DNA of 64,000 bases from the human T2T-CHM13v2.0 reference genome, Homo sapiens, in the NCBI RefSeq assembly GCF_009914755.1, contig NC_060942.1. One strand, given 5' to 3'. Under the pieces are notes generated by a model. That model saw nothing but the letters and a program-made list of their open reading frames with translations. It searched no databases and had not been told where the DNA came from. Every line of letters begins with the position of its first letter. Within the stretch, counting starts at the first letter, position 1. A program made the position numbers and the translations under genes. Positions 50,406 to 64,000 of this stretch are shown piece by piece.

Positions 50406-53400
50406 TACTCTTGTCCCTGAGGGCACAGTCAGTGGAGGGGCAGCAGGCCCCATTCTGCCCTCCCTCCACACCTCCCACCTTCAGCTGCCCCTCGGTGGGA
50501 AAGCATGGTTTTTAGCCACAACCTCCTGTGGCCTCACAGCTTTGGTGGGCCCCACGTCGCCTTCCCCACTCACTCTCAGACCCTCGGACCTGACTGTGAG
50601 GACCCCTCTCTCATTCCTGGTTTGAGCCCGTGGAAGCCCAGGTCTCGGGGTGGGGGTGCCCTGAGGGTGCTGTGAGGTGGTGAATTGGGCTCTTTCCTGA
50701 GGTGCATGGGTGCAGAGAAAGGGGACACCCTACTGGACCTGCCACCCAAGGGCTCAGGGTGGGTGCTGCCTCCTCGCCAGGTGGGCAGGAGCCTGCCCCT
50801 CGCCCCAGGACAGACGGCCAAGGCCCTAGGCAGAACACAGACCCTGAGGCAGCACCTTCAGGCCAGGAAGAACGAGCCACAGAGGGTGGGTGTGGTGCCT
50901 GTCCTGGATCCATGTGTGGCTGCTGTGGCCACCCGGGAGAGGCAATGCGATCTAATAAGGAAGCTTGACTCATCAGATCGGGAGACACCACCCCCACCCT
51001 CCTCCCAGAAGGAGGCACAGATGGAAACAGCTGAGTGAGACCCCAGAGACCAGGTCACACTCGGGTGAGGAGCCCAAGAGGGGCGTGGAGGCTGGAGGCC
51101 CGGCCCATGCCCACCTTGGCCAGCCCGCGAGAGATGCGCCAGGGTCGACTGCAGACTCTCAGCCAGCCCCAGGGCGGCCCCTCCCTCCTCCCCCGCTGCC
51201 TGGCCCCCTCGATTTTTCTAGCAAATAAGCAACAGCACGTCAGGAAACTATCTTAACTGAGAATTATGTTCCTGAGACAGGTGATGAAGCTATTTTTAGA
51301 AGTCTGTCACAGTTAAATTCTATAAAAATTAAATGACCCCAGCCCATCAGTCGGGTCACCATGTATGACAGTCCCTCCCGCCAGCATCTCCGATGCGGAA
51401 ACTGCTCGTTCAAGGGCTGGGCACTCTCTGGTCTGAAGATTTAGGATTAATAAGGAACCGCCCAGAAATCAGTTCGTACCTGCGAGAGACGTCCGTGTCC
51501 TGAGGCAGAAATGACTGGGAGGCACTTTCCAGCAGGGTGCTCCGTGGGGGCTTTGGGGCTGCTTTAGGGGAGACTCATTCCCAGGCAGCAAAGGGGGCCC
51601 CTGGCAGCTCCAGCCACCAGAAGCACCCGGCAGCCATGAAGAGCCGAAGGTCCGCAGGTCTGGCCGAGCACTGAGCTCGCCTGTGAGATGCGGCCATTGG
51701 TGACTAATGTCCGAGAGGCATCAGGACTCGACACAGTGCCCAGTTCTGCTGGGGGCTCCACAAACATTTGCGTGTTGAATGAGAAAACAGACATCTAAGA
51801 ATAGCATCAGGAGATGAAAAAAACAAAAATAAGGGAAGAAGAAAGAGCAGAGAGACTCGTTCCGCAACAGCAGAGGAGGCAGCAGCTCCACGGTAGCTAT
51901 GGGGTGATAGGACCCCTCTCACTGCTCACCAAGGCCGGCGAGGGCACCCAGGACGTGTCAGAGGGAGAAGGCCGGCAGCCTGCAGAGACACCAGGCAGGC
52001 CCTACCCGGGTGCAGCCCAGGACACCACGGAGCAGCTCAGGCGGGCCAGCCTCAGCCCAGCTGGCACAGGGAGGGCAGCCTCACCAACCGAGGGACCCTT
52101 CCTGGTGGCTGTACGGGTGAGGCTGAGCCTCAGGGCACAGATTTGGGGGTCTCTAGGGAGAGCTGTTGCTGCCAGGCCTGGGGTCCCCACAGCACCTGTC
52201 CCACCTGGCACCACCCTGGGCACCGGACCCTCCTGGCAGAAGGCATGCAGCTGGCACTCAGTGTCCCTTCAGATCGGGCTGTGTTGGGCCTGGGTGTCAC
52301 CCATGGACAATGTTCACGCCGCGGGGTTTGTGTGAGCCCCGTCCTCCCTACAGGTGAGCTGAGCGCTCAGCCAAGGACCCGGCCAGGCCTCACAGCCAGC
52401 AGGCTGCAATAGAGGCCGTCCACCTCCCCTACGGCTCCTCGGTGTGACTGGGGTAAAATACACATCACCTAAGGTATTCCATTTTAACTATTTCAAGTGG
52501 ACAGTTCAGTAGCATGAATTCCAACCGCCGTGCTGTGCAGGCATCACCACTTTTTGCCAAATTCTTCCATTGCCCTCAACAGGAAATCTGTAACCACTAA
52601 GCAGTAACTCCCCCATAGTGCCACCTCCAACCCCTGGTAAGGTCCACTCTGCTTTCTCTATGAACCCCGCTATTCTAGGGATTTCATGTAGGTGAATCAC
52701 ACAGTGCTGGTCCTCCAGTGTCCAGCTTCTCTCACTCAGCATAACGCTCTCCAGCTCCAGCCGCGCTCCGAGGAGGAGCTCCTTCCTTCTCCGAAGGAGG
52801 TGCGTGTCAGAACCTCCTCCTATTCTGTGTCTGGGCAGTGCCCTCGTGCAGGGTACCCCACACTGTGTGCGTCCACCCTCTGTTGGCGACACGTGGGCTG
52901 TCCCCATCATTTGGCTAATGGGACTGATGCTGCTCTGAACGTCGGCGCTTGTATCCTCTGTTTGAGTCCCTGTTTTCACTTCCTCCCCACCTTTTGGCTA
53001 ATGGGGCTGATGCGGCTCTGAATGTCAGCACATGTATCCTGTTTGAGTTCCTGTTTTCACTTCCTCCAGGCATGTTCTTAGGAGGGAAATGCTGAGCCAG
53101 ATGTTGATGCTGCTGCTTAACTTTTAGAGAGTCTGCCAAACTTCCACAGCAGCTGAGCCATTTTCCCATCGGCAATCCTGAGGGGTCCAGTATCTCCCAT
53201 CCTCACCAGCACTCAGGATGGTCTGTCTTTCTTATTACAGCCATCCTGGCAGATGTGAAGCGATAGCTCATATCTGCATTTTCCTAATGATGAGTGATGC
53301 TGAGCATCTTTTCATCTGCTTGCCGGGCATGTGTGCATCTTCTTTGGAGAAAAGTCTGTTCAAATGGGTACAATGTACATTTTTTAAAAAAAGGCTATTC

Positions 53401-53418
53401 AAGTTCTTTGCCCATTTT

Positions 53419-53704
53419 ATTTACTTATTTATTTAGAGACAGGGTCTCACTCTGTTGTCCAAGCTGGAGTGCAGAGGTGCAATCAGCCTCAACCTCCTAG
53501 GCTCAAGCAATCCTCCCACCTCAGCCCCTGGAGCAGCTGGGACTCCAGGCATGCACCACCACACCCAGCTAATTTTTGTATTTTTTGTAGAGAGAGGGTC
53601 TCGCTATGTTGCCAGGCTGATCTCAAACTCTTGGACTCAAGTGATCCTCCCACCTCAGCCTCCCAACGTGCTGGGATTACAGGTGTGAGCCACCATGCCT
53701 AGCC
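53419..53704 (-). mobile_element. AluJ with TSD CTTTGCCCATTTT
   Basis: TSD at 53406-53418 and 53706-53718. Confidence 0.93.
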
Positions 53705-53990
53705 CCTTTGCCCATTTTTAGATTTGGTTGTTTGTCTTTAGTTACTGAGTTAGAGAAACTCATTATATGTTCTTGATATTAAGCCCTTATCAGATATGTG
53801 ATTTGCAAATATTTTCCCCCAGTCTGTGGGCTTTCATTTTGTTGATAGTGTCCTCGGATGCACAGAAGTTTTTAATTTGAATGAAGCTCAGTTGATCTAT
53901 TTTTATTTTGTTGCCTGTGCTTTTGATGTCATTTAAGCAACCATTGCCAAATCCAACATCATGAAGATTTGACCACATGTTTTATTCTAA

Positions 53991-54352
<362 letters not shown>

Positions 54353-55205
54353 TGAATTGTGTATATGGGGTGGGGTAGGGCTCAGCTGCACCCTTTTGTG
54401 TGAGCACATCCCCATCTTCCTGGTGCCATTTACTAGGAAGGGCCTCCTTCCTGAATTAAATGGTCCTGGCACTCTTTTCCCAAAATCACTTGATCATAGG
54501 TGTAGGGCTCATCTCTGGGCGTCCTGCTCCGCCCTCAACTGCCCTGTCTGTCCACAGGCCAGGCCATGCATCTTGATCGCCATAGCTTGGCAGCACCTTT
54601 GAGATTGGAAGTGTGAGGCCTCTATCATTGCCCTTCTTTTTCAAAATTGTATTGACTATTCGTGGTCCGTTAAGACTCCATATGAATTTTAGGACGGGCT
54701 TTTTCATTTCTGCAAAAAAGCACTGTTTTTTGTAGGCCATTCTAGAAGTGGGCTGAGTGAATGTGCCAGATGGGTTTGTTGTGAGGAAATCCCAGCACTG
54801 ATATTTGGGGCTGGGATGTGAAGGCTTCAGTAAAACTTGTCAAATTCAGACTCAAGGTGCCTTTTGTACCATTGTCCTGGGGTTTAAGCAGGAAATGTTA
54901 GATTTTTAAAAGCTTTTTATTTGAACGATTTTTAGACTTATAGGAAAGTTGCAGATTCATAGAGGTTCCCATGTCTCCCACCCAGCTTCCTCCAGTGTTG
55001 GCAGAATGGTCCAGACCAGGGATTCCCACTGGCCCCGCCCTGGTCACTACTTTAAAACCCCACTCAGATGTCACCGCGTTCTTCATACTAGAGCCACGGT
55101 TCTGTCCAGGGCCCCTCACCATCGTTCCCATCATCCGTCTGTAATAGCTCTCCAGTTTGTTTTTCGTTTTTGTTTTTCACAATATTGATACTTTTTAAAG
55201 TTATT

Positions 55206-55483
55206 ATTTTTTTGAGACAGGGTCTCACTCTGTCCCCCAGGCTGGAGTGTAGTGTTGCAGTCATGGCTCCCTGCAGCCTCAGCCTCCAGGGCTCAAGCAT
55301 CCTCCCACGTCAGCCTCCCGAGTAGCTGGGGCCACAGGCGTGAGCCACCATGCCTGGCTAATTTTTGTAGAGATGGGGGTCTCGCTGTGTTGCCCCGGCA
55401 GGTCTTGAACTCCTGACCTCAAGGGATCCACCCACCCCGGCCTCCAAAGTGCTGAGATCACAGGTGTGAGCACCGTGCTGGGC
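55206..55483 (-). mobile_element. AluJ
   Basis: Reverse dimer. Confidence 0.9.
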
Positions 55484-55869
55484 CTTCAAACGTGTGCTGT
55501 GCTCACCCCGAGAGACTGGAGCCTGCTGCGTGTGGCTCTTCTAGTCTTTAGCCTCCGGATTTCATGGAAACACATTTTCCACAATTACCTGGGAGAGCCC
55601 TTGTCTCCCCACGCTTCCGTGGGGTTGTGGATTCCTTGTGAGGCACCTGGGCTTATCGTGGGCGTTGGTGTTGCGTGTGGGTGTGGCTCACTTGTGGCAT
55701 GTGAAGAGCGTGTGGAGCACCCCAAGGCTTTAGGAGTCACTGCCTCTGGAAGGCCCTTCCCACCTCCCTCCATGGGGAGACAGCCTTAGTTTCTGTTCAT
55801 CCTCCTCTGTTCCTCCTGCACAGCCAGGCAGGCACCTGTGCATTTCAGCTGGCCCCTGTCTTACACCAT

Positions 55870-57990
55870 GGGTGGCAAATCTCTGCCTTTCTTCTCACTT
55901 TGCCTTCTCACTTAATGTCCTGGAAGTCATCTCGTGGCAGGCCTTACAGACCTTCCTCCTTCCGGCACGTGCCCCACCGTGTAGACACCCGCGTTTACTC
56001 AGCGACCTTGCTCTGTGCGGGCACTGGGCTGTTTCCAGGGTTTTGCCATCTCCACCTGTGCTGCTGTGAACACCACATGTGGACCTTTTCATCTCTGCAG
56101 GGTTGACTCCCAGAATTGGGGTTGCACAGAGGTCATTAGCCAGCCGGATGTTGCCACATTCCTCCCTCCTGAGAGCTGTGCCCCGTGTCGAGCGCTGTTT
56201 GCTCACAGCCAGGCCAGGGGTTGTGGTAGGATTTTTAAATTTTTGCCAGTCTCATGGGTGAGAAATGGTATCTCAGTATTGTTTTAATCTGCACTTCTCT
56301 GATTACGAGTGTGCTTGAACATGTTTTCCATACGTGTGAGAGTCATTTTTATCTTTTGTGAATGGCCTGTTCATGTGTTTCCCCATTTCTCGATGGGGTT
56401 TTTGGTCCTTCACCCCCTGATGTTTAAGAGTTCATGCTATATGAGTTTTTCCCCTTGTTGTTTTTCTTTTTCCACGTGTGCCCAGCTCTTTATGCACATT
56501 TGAACCTTAGTATCGACATGTCCAACTCCATAAAATAGCTTACCCTGTTTTACTGGGATTGAGTGGAACTGATGAGCTAACACCAAGAGGAAGCCACCTC
56601 CACAGCGCCAAGTCTCCTGTCCAGGAGCATGGCTCGCTTTCCATTTGTTCATGTTTACTTTCGTGTTTTAAATTTGTTCTTGTAAAAACAGTACACATTC
56701 CTTGTGAAATTTGTTCCTACATGTTTTTTTCCTACTGTAAATGGACTTTTTCTTTCATCAATTTAATTTAATTTTTGAGACAAGATCTCACTCTGTCACC
56801 CAGGCTGGAGTGCAGTGGCACGATCTTGGCTCACTGCAGCCTCCGCCCCCCAGGCTCAGATGATCCTCCCACCTCTCAGCCTCCCAAGTAGCTGGGACTA
56901 CAGGCATCACCACATGTGGGTAACTTGTATTTTTTGTAGAGACAGGGTTTCGCCATTTTGCCCAAACTGATCTTGAACTCCTGGACTCAAGCGATCCCCC
57001 GACCTTGGCCTCCCAAAGTGTGGGATTACAGGCGTGAGCCTCGGTGCTTGGCCATAAATGGACTTTTCCAATGATTGTGTTCTTTGTTGTTTGTGTATAG
57101 GAAGGCTGTTGATTTTATAGCCTGCTACTTTTCTGAATTTTTTTATTCAATAAATAAGTTTTGTCATTGATTCTCTGGGATTTCCAAGTATAAGATGATC
57201 CTATCTGCAAAGAGAGACGGTTTCACCCCTTCTTTACCTGCTCTATGCTTCTGATTGATTTTTGCTGTCTAGTTTTATTCATTAATACCTCTCGTATAAT
57301 GTTAAATATATCAGAGGTAGTGGGTATCCTTGTTTCTGATTGCCATGGAAATGCCTCTAGTGTTTCTCCATTAAGAGAGCGGCTTTAGAACTTAACACAG
57401 GCTGCCGGTGCTGGTGAAATACCCATCAACGCCCTGAGTATTCATCAAAGGCTGCTTGGTATCTATGGAGATGATTACATGACTTTTCTACCTAAATTTA
57501 TTATTATGGTGCATGATGTTAATGGATTTCCTACCACTGAACCTACTTTGCACCTTCTGGAACAAATTCTACTTTGTCGCAGTATTTTTTTTTCTTAAGA
57601 GGCATTGAATTCTGTTTAATAATATTCCGTTTAGAATTTCTGCATTGGTATTGATGAGTGATATTGAACTTAAGTTTTCTTTCTTCTTATTATATTTGGT
57701 TTAAATATCAGTGTTTGCTTACTTCATAAAATGAACTAGAGAGCTTTCCTTCCTTCTCAATGTTCTGAAATAATTTGTAGAGCATGGAGACTATCTAGGC
57801 TTTATAATCTTGGGAGAATTCTCTGTAAACCTGTCGGGGCTTAGTGCTTTGTATAGGACAGTCAGTAGTAACTTTCTGTTTCTTCAATGGAAATGGGTCT
57901 GCTGAAGTTTCTAACTCTCCTGGGACAGTTTTTGGTGTCTCTGTTTCCCGAGAACATCTGCACTTCCTCTGGGTTTTCAAATGTGTTTGC
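55870..57990 (-). mobile_element. Ancient L1 (L1ME-type) remnant
   Basis: T-rich; GAGAAATGGTATCTCAGTATTGTTTTAATCTGCACTTCTCTGATTAC and TAGAATTTCTGCAT..ATGAGTGATATTG reverse-L1 motifs. Confidence 0.8.
56751..57053 (-). mobile_element. AluJ with TSD TAAATGGACTTTT
   Basis: TSD at 56738-56750 and 57055-57067. Confidence 0.93.
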
Positions 57991-59166
57991 AAAGAGGACT
58001 GCACAGTGTCTCCTCTGATTGTTCAGTCTGTTTCAAACGTTACATTTCTTGAATATAATAATGTGGCTTTAAAAAAGAAAAAGGAAGACACTTGAAGAAT
58101 GGGAAAATATCCCTAAGTCATCCTACAGCTATAAGCCTTGTTTTCAAAGCAGCACATCACAGACTCGTGTTTACCGTCAGTTTACGAAGAATGCGCTGAT
58201 GTCTGGGTCCATAAAAATATCTTTCCTGTCCTTTTCTGCTGTTTGCTGACGAAATGCCTCTTCATAAAAAATAGCTTTAACGCCTGAGAGTTACAGAAGC
58301 TCCCCTCAGCGAGGAGTCTCAGAAACCACGGAGGTTTTACCAAGTCCCTGTCGGTGAACATCAACTTGACTGACGGGGCGCAAGCTTCAGGAGATGAAGT
58401 GTCAATAAGGATTAATACGAAGGTAGATCAATCACGCTGTCATTTCATAGGGCTTCAGTTTCTTTCTGTAAAAACCCGTCAGATGTGATTTTCCCTCTAA
58501 AATTAGAATCGTTTTTATTCCTTTTTCCAGTTACTAAAATTACCTGTATCGTCTGGGGGAAAATACAGAAGGACAGAAAAAAGAAAGTAAAAATCACCTG
58601 ACCTGACCGTGCACTGTCAGCCTGTCTGTGGCCTTCCTTCCGGAAGTTTCTTTATGTGTCTGCCCATGGACGGCAGGTGGGAGCGCGGACACCTGTCGCC
58701 CTCTCGGCCGCTCTGGGACCTGCCCTTTCTTTGAAACGCTGTGTCCAGGGCATGACCCCCATAGAGACGTGGGCCTGGGTGGAGGCTGCAGCTTAAGAGG
58801 AAGCTCTCGGCGTCGGGGCCTGTGCCCTGCCGGCCGCCCTGACCTTGGAGGAAGCGGGCGCTGACACACTGTGGGCGACAGGAAGGGCCGGGAGCTCTGT
58901 GGCCGTTGGCAAGGCCAGGAACCCGGGTAGTCGAGCTGAAACTGTGATCTGAGCGCGAGGCCTCCGTGGGAGAAGGGTCGCTTCAGACGGGGACCGAGGG
59001 CCTGGCTCTGGGAAGGTGGGTCCTGCTCCCTTCTGAGGCAGGCAGAGCTGCAGGGAAAGCAGGTGTGTGGAGGCCCCTCCAGAGCCAGGCTCCAGGCGCT
59101 TCAGGTACGGCGCCCGTTCTGCTCCCTTCCCAGGCCTGCCCAGCTGCCCACCGCACGAAGCTTCAC

Positions 59167-59690
59167 AACTGAGCGAGCAGCTCCTCACGGAAGGTTAGAT
59201 TCGGCGCGTTACGTCATTACGTTCAGTGAAAGAACTGAGTGAGCAGCTCCTCACGGAAGGTTAGATTCGGCGCGTTACGTCATTACGTTCAGTGAAAGAA
59301 CTGAGTGAGCAGCTCCTCACGGAAGGTTAAGTTCGGCGCGTTACGTCATTACGTTCAGTGAAAACTGAGTGAGCAGCTCCTCACGGAAGATTACATTCGG
59401 CGCGTTACGTCATTACATCCAGTGAAAGAACTGAGTGAGCAGCTCCTCACGGAAGGTTAGTTCGGCGCGTTACGTCATTACATCCAGTGAAAGAACTGAG
59501 TGAGCAGCTCCTCACGGAAGGTTAGTTCGGCGCGTTACGTCATTACATCCAGTGAAAGAACTGAGTGAGCAGCTCCTCACGGAAGGTTAGTTCGGCGCGT
59601 TACGTCATTACGTTCAGTGAAAGAACTGAGTGAGCAGCTCCTCACGGAAGGTTAGTTCGGCGCGTTACGTCATTACGTTCAGTGAAAGAA
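59167..59690. repeat. 65-66-bp VNTR, 8 copies, CpG- and motif-rich
   Basis: AACTGAGTGAGCAGCTCCTCACGGAAGGTTAG(A)TTCGGCGCGTTACGTCATTACGTTCAGTGAAAG. Confidence 0.98.
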
Positions 59691-60689
59691 GGTGTGGGAG
59701 TGACTAATCACTTGTTTGATAAAATTGATTGAAAAAGAAATTACCAACTAAAAATTATAATTATTAAAATGTAAAAGTTTAATTACAGTTTCTAGGAAAT
59801 TCGCCTTGGCTTCTGCCCGCTTTCTGTTCAGGACGCTGAGCTTTGCTGCTTGGTGCCTTGTGAGGACGTGGCGTCCCCGGCGATGCAGGGGCCGGGCCGC
59901 GCCAGCCTCTGTTGCTCCTCTATGGGGTGGTGACAGCCTCAGGCCTCCCTGGGGACAGGCTGGGGACTCCCAGATACTGAAGCTTAGCAGGTGCGCCCCC
60001 ACATGGTCATGGAGCTGGGGCTCGGGCCAGACCAGCGACACCCTCCAGGCCTCAGTGGTCCTGTGTCCACCCCGGAGCCCCCAGGGCAGGAGATGTGGGT
60101 GGGATCCCTGCAGGAAACCGTGAGGGTTTCAAACTAAGCCTCCTTTCGTTTTCCCTGGCGGTGTCAGCATCGTGCCTCTAAAGAGTTCTGTTCCTTGGTC
60201 AGAGTTCCAGGTGAGATGCTATCTTAGGTAGGAGAGGTCATCTGGCCCCAGCCAGGGTTTCGGCCCCACCAGTGGGGCAGGGCCTGGGGACTGGTAGTTT
60301 AGCACAGCGGCTCTCAAACTTGTGGTGCTGGGAATTTTTAGGACCTCCAGCAGCCTGTGTTCCTGGAGGAAGGAGGGTGTGGCAGAGGCCCTGGAGTCCC
60401 AGTGTCTGAGAGGCCAGCAGAGGAGGGGCTCAGGATGGAGCGGGAAGCGCGGGGAGAAGAGCGGCGACTCAGCCTCCCCCCTGGATTTCGCTTCTTCTGA
60501 ATGCAGGCCCTGGAACCCCGCTTATTACCCGCCCACCCAGTGCCGCAGCTCTGGAAATGCAGCTTGGTGGGCTGGACCCAAGTCTCTCCATGTGGCTCCA
60601 CAGGAAAAATACTGATGCAAGTAACTACTTCAGAGACAAAAACAGTTTTAACAATGTACCAATTATAATCCTTTTACCTATATGTTTAA

Positions 60690-61080
<391 letters not shown>

Positions 61081-61084
61081 TAGG

Positions 61085-62190
61085 AATACTTAAAGACATG
61101 ACATGCGTGCGTGTGCATGTGCATATGTGTGCACACTGCGTCATTGCATGTCTGCCTGTGTCAGTGTGTGCATGAGTCTGTGTGTGCAGGTGTGTGTGTG
61201 TCTTAGTGTGCATGTGTCTGCATGTATCAGTGTGTGCATGTTTGGGTGCATCTGTGTGCAAGTGTGTGGTGTGTGTGCAAATGTGTGTCTGTGTGTGCAT
61301 GAATGTGTGCATATGTGTCTACATGAGTCTGTGTAGTGTGTGTAACGTGTTTATGCATGTCTGTGTGTGCATCTGTGTGTCTATCTGTGTGCATGTCTGT
61401 GTGCATGTGTCTGCATGTGGGTGTGTGGATGTGTGTAACGTGTCTATGATGTGTTCATGTGTCTGTGTGTATGTCTGTGTGTGCCTGTGTGTGCATGTCT
61501 ATGTGTGCGTGTGTCCGTCTACAGGAATTTGCGTGTGTGTAACATGTCCATGATGTGTGCATGTGTCTGTGTGTGGGTGTCTATGTGTGCGTGTGTGTAA
61601 CGTGTCTGTGTGTGCATGTGTCTGTGTGTGGGTGTCTATGTGTGCGTGTGTGTAACATGTCCATGATGTGTGTATGTGTCTGTGTGTGGGTGTCTATGTG
61701 TGCGTGTATGTAACATGTCCATGATGTGTGCATGTGTCTGTGTGTGTCTATGTGTGCGTGTGTGTAACGTGTCTGTGTGCATGTGTCTGTATGTGGGTGT
61801 CTATGTGTGCGTGTGTGTAACATGTCCATGATGTGTGCATGTGTCTGTGTGTGGGTGTCTATGTGTGCGTGTGTGTAACGTGTCTGTGTGTGCATGTGTC
61901 TGTGTGTGGGTGTCTATGTGTGCGTGTGTGTAACATGTCCATGATGTGTGCATGTGTCTGTGTGTGGGTGTCTATGTGTGCGTGTGTGTAACATGTCCAT
62001 GATGTGTGCATGTGTCTGTGTGTGGGTGTCTATGTGTGCATGTGTGTGTAACGTGTCTGTGTGTAATGTGTCTGCGTGTGTGTCTGTGTGTGCATGTGTC
62101 TGTGTGTGTGTCTGCATGTATCTGTGTGTGTGTCTGTGTGTACATGTGTCTGTGTGTGTCTTGTGTGTCTGTGTGTGTATCTGCACGTGT
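61085..62190. repeat. 1.1-kb TG-rich tract with ~50/56-bp higher-order units
   Basis: GTGTGTAACATGTCCATGATGTGTGCATGTGTCTGTGTGTGGGTGTCTATGTGTGC recurs in ~61530-62050. Confidence 0.95.
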
Positions 62191-62287
62191 CACTCCCTGG
62201 TGACCAAGTACCTGCCCCTTCTCTGTTGCATCATTCATGGCCCGTGTTTCTCAGGTGATTGTTTTTTACTTGAAGTGAGTCAAGTAG

Positions 62288-62515
62288 CTGGTCAGCCTCT
62301 GCCTCCCTATGGCTTGTGGGTCTTTGCCTCACACCAGTCCGTCTCTGCCTCCCTACGGCCGGTGGGTCTCTGCCTCACATCGGTCCGTCTCTGCCTCCCT
62401 ATGGCTGGTCAGTCTCTGCGTCACACCGGTCCTTCTCTGCCTCTCTACAGCTGGTCGGACTCTGCCTCACACCGGTCAGCCTCTGCTTCCCTGTGTCCGG
62501 TGGGCCTCTGCCGCC
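62288..62515. repeat. Degenerate CTCTGCCTC repeat (~20/40-bp period)
   Basis: CTCTGCCTCCCTA alternates with CTCTGCCTCACA. Confidence 0.85.
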
Positions 62516-63478
62516 ATCTCTACACTGTACTGGCTGTTTGGGGGCTCCACTTGGGCTCAGGGCCTGTGTGGAAAGCTGGTGCCGGGGCAGCTCACACCCA
62601 GGGCAGCCTGGTTGGCCTTAAGACAGGGGCCTTGTGTCTGAGCCTCCAGGTCATCGTTCTTACATTTCAGGGTGTGATACTCCCATCTGTCTAACTTGTT
62701 AGGAAAAGGCAGAGAGGAGATAAGAAAAAGGTACCAATTCTGCGAAGCTATTATGTTTTCATTTGTCTTGTCAAAGCCTTGCACTTGGAGATTCTGTGCT
62801 TTTGTGGAGGAGAGTGGGGATGCTGTCTGAGAAAAAGGCACAAACCATCACGCTATGATTAAATTGGTCATGGGAATAAATAGAAAGTGTTCCCCCTGAA
62901 GTAGGAGTTCTTAACCTAGGACTGGTGGGTCCACGTGGCCACGAGTAGATTCTGCAGGTTCCACGGAGCCCAGTGGAACCCAGGTGTGTGGTTGTGGACC
63001 TGTTGTGAGAAGACGAATCGTGTCCATCTGCTAAGGGTTCATGGTCCATCCCAGGTCAACACACCTCCCCTGAAAGCAGAACGTGACGTGTTGTTTCAGG
63101 GGTTTGAGAAGTGCTGGCAGGGTTCTTACAGGATGGCACCATTTGAAAGGGGCGCCTGTGACGAGCCCCACACCAGACAGCCCGGTGGCAGGAAACATGT
63201 CTGCAAGGGAGGCCTCCAGCCAGAGCTCACTGGGACATCATCTTTTCCAATTTAACTGTCACACTTAAAATACCTCAAAACACAGATACCTGCAAAAACA
63301 TTTATTCCTCAGCTTACATAAACGGCAGGTGGTGTTCAAAGTAGGAAGGGTGATGGAATGTGGGGAAAGAAGCAAAGGAAGGGCCTTTGGCCATGGGTCC
63401 CTCCAGAACCGCCCCAGCTCCAGAGGCCAGCGAGAGAGATGCCTCGAAGAGACTCCCGAGTGATGAGACCCCCAAGCA

Positions 63479-64000
63479 TTCCCTGCGGACAGAGCCTTTG
63501 TCAGGAGGGTTCCCTGCAGACAGAGCCTTTGTCAGGAGGGTTCCCTGCAGACAGAGCCTTTGTCAGGAGGGTTCCCTGCGGACAGAGCCTTTGTCAGGAG
63601 GGTTCCTTGCGGACAGAGCCTTCGTCAGGAGGGTTCCCTGCATACAGAGCCTTCGTCAGGAGCGTTCTCTGCGGACAGAGCCTTCGTCAGGAGGGTTCCC
63701 TGCATACAGAGCCTTCGTCAGGAGGGTTCCCTGCGGACAGAGCCTTCGTCAGGAGGGTTCCCTGCATACAGAGCCTTCGTCAGGAGCGTTCTCTGCGGAC
63801 AGAGCCTTCGTCAGGAGGGTTCCCTGCATACAGAGCCTTCGTCAGGAGGGTTCCCTGCGGACAGAGCCTTCGTCAGGAGGGTTCCCTGCGGACAGAGCCT
63901 TCGTCAGGAGGGTTCCCTGCGGACAGAGCCTTCGTCAGGAGGGTTCCCTGCGGACAGAGCCTTCGTCAGGAGGGTTCCCTGCGGACAGAGCCTTCGTCAG
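63479..64000. repeat. 31-bp VNTR, at least 17 copies, runs off the window
   Basis: TTCCCTGCGGACAGAGCCTTCGTCAGGAGGG. Confidence 0.98.

Noticed and set aside
49460-50625. His/Cys-rich 325-351-aa ORFs suggesting a metal-binding protein
   Set aside because: All three frames give the same repeat peptide from the 11-bp repeat; no zinc-finger spacing
59167-59690. CRISPR-like regular array
   Set aside because: Whole units repeat with no unique spacers; no cas genes; Alu-containing primate DNA. The same applies to the 37-bp and 67-bp arrays.

Overview
Primate, almost certainly human, non-coding genomic DNA with a subtelomeric character: GC-rich unique sequence, Alu/L1/MIR/CR1/Tigger fossils and about 20 tandem repeats. 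I can support no protein-coding gene; every long ORF in the track is explained by a minisatellite, low-complexity DNA or CpG-island GC content. Two CpG islands (~21.1-22.2 kb and ~30.9-32.3 kb) look like promoters. The first probably drives lncRNA-type transcription, with a clean + strand exon at 25800-25977. The second has a CTCF-like site, GC boxes and strong splice donors but no visible downstream coding exon. The most notable pattern is that several VNTR units carry transcription-factor motifs: 8x CRE/ATF+E2F-like+ETS at 59.2 kb, 25x RUNX+HRE core at 40.9-42.4 kb, 13x half-CRE at 63.6-64 kb, and a CRE cluster at 17.4 kb. These are candidate copy-number-tunable enhancers. From memory only, unverified, the layout fits 7p22.3 just upstream of FAM20C. 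I found no demonstrable new biological system. Repeat subfamily calls and fossil boundaries were made by eye and are approximate.
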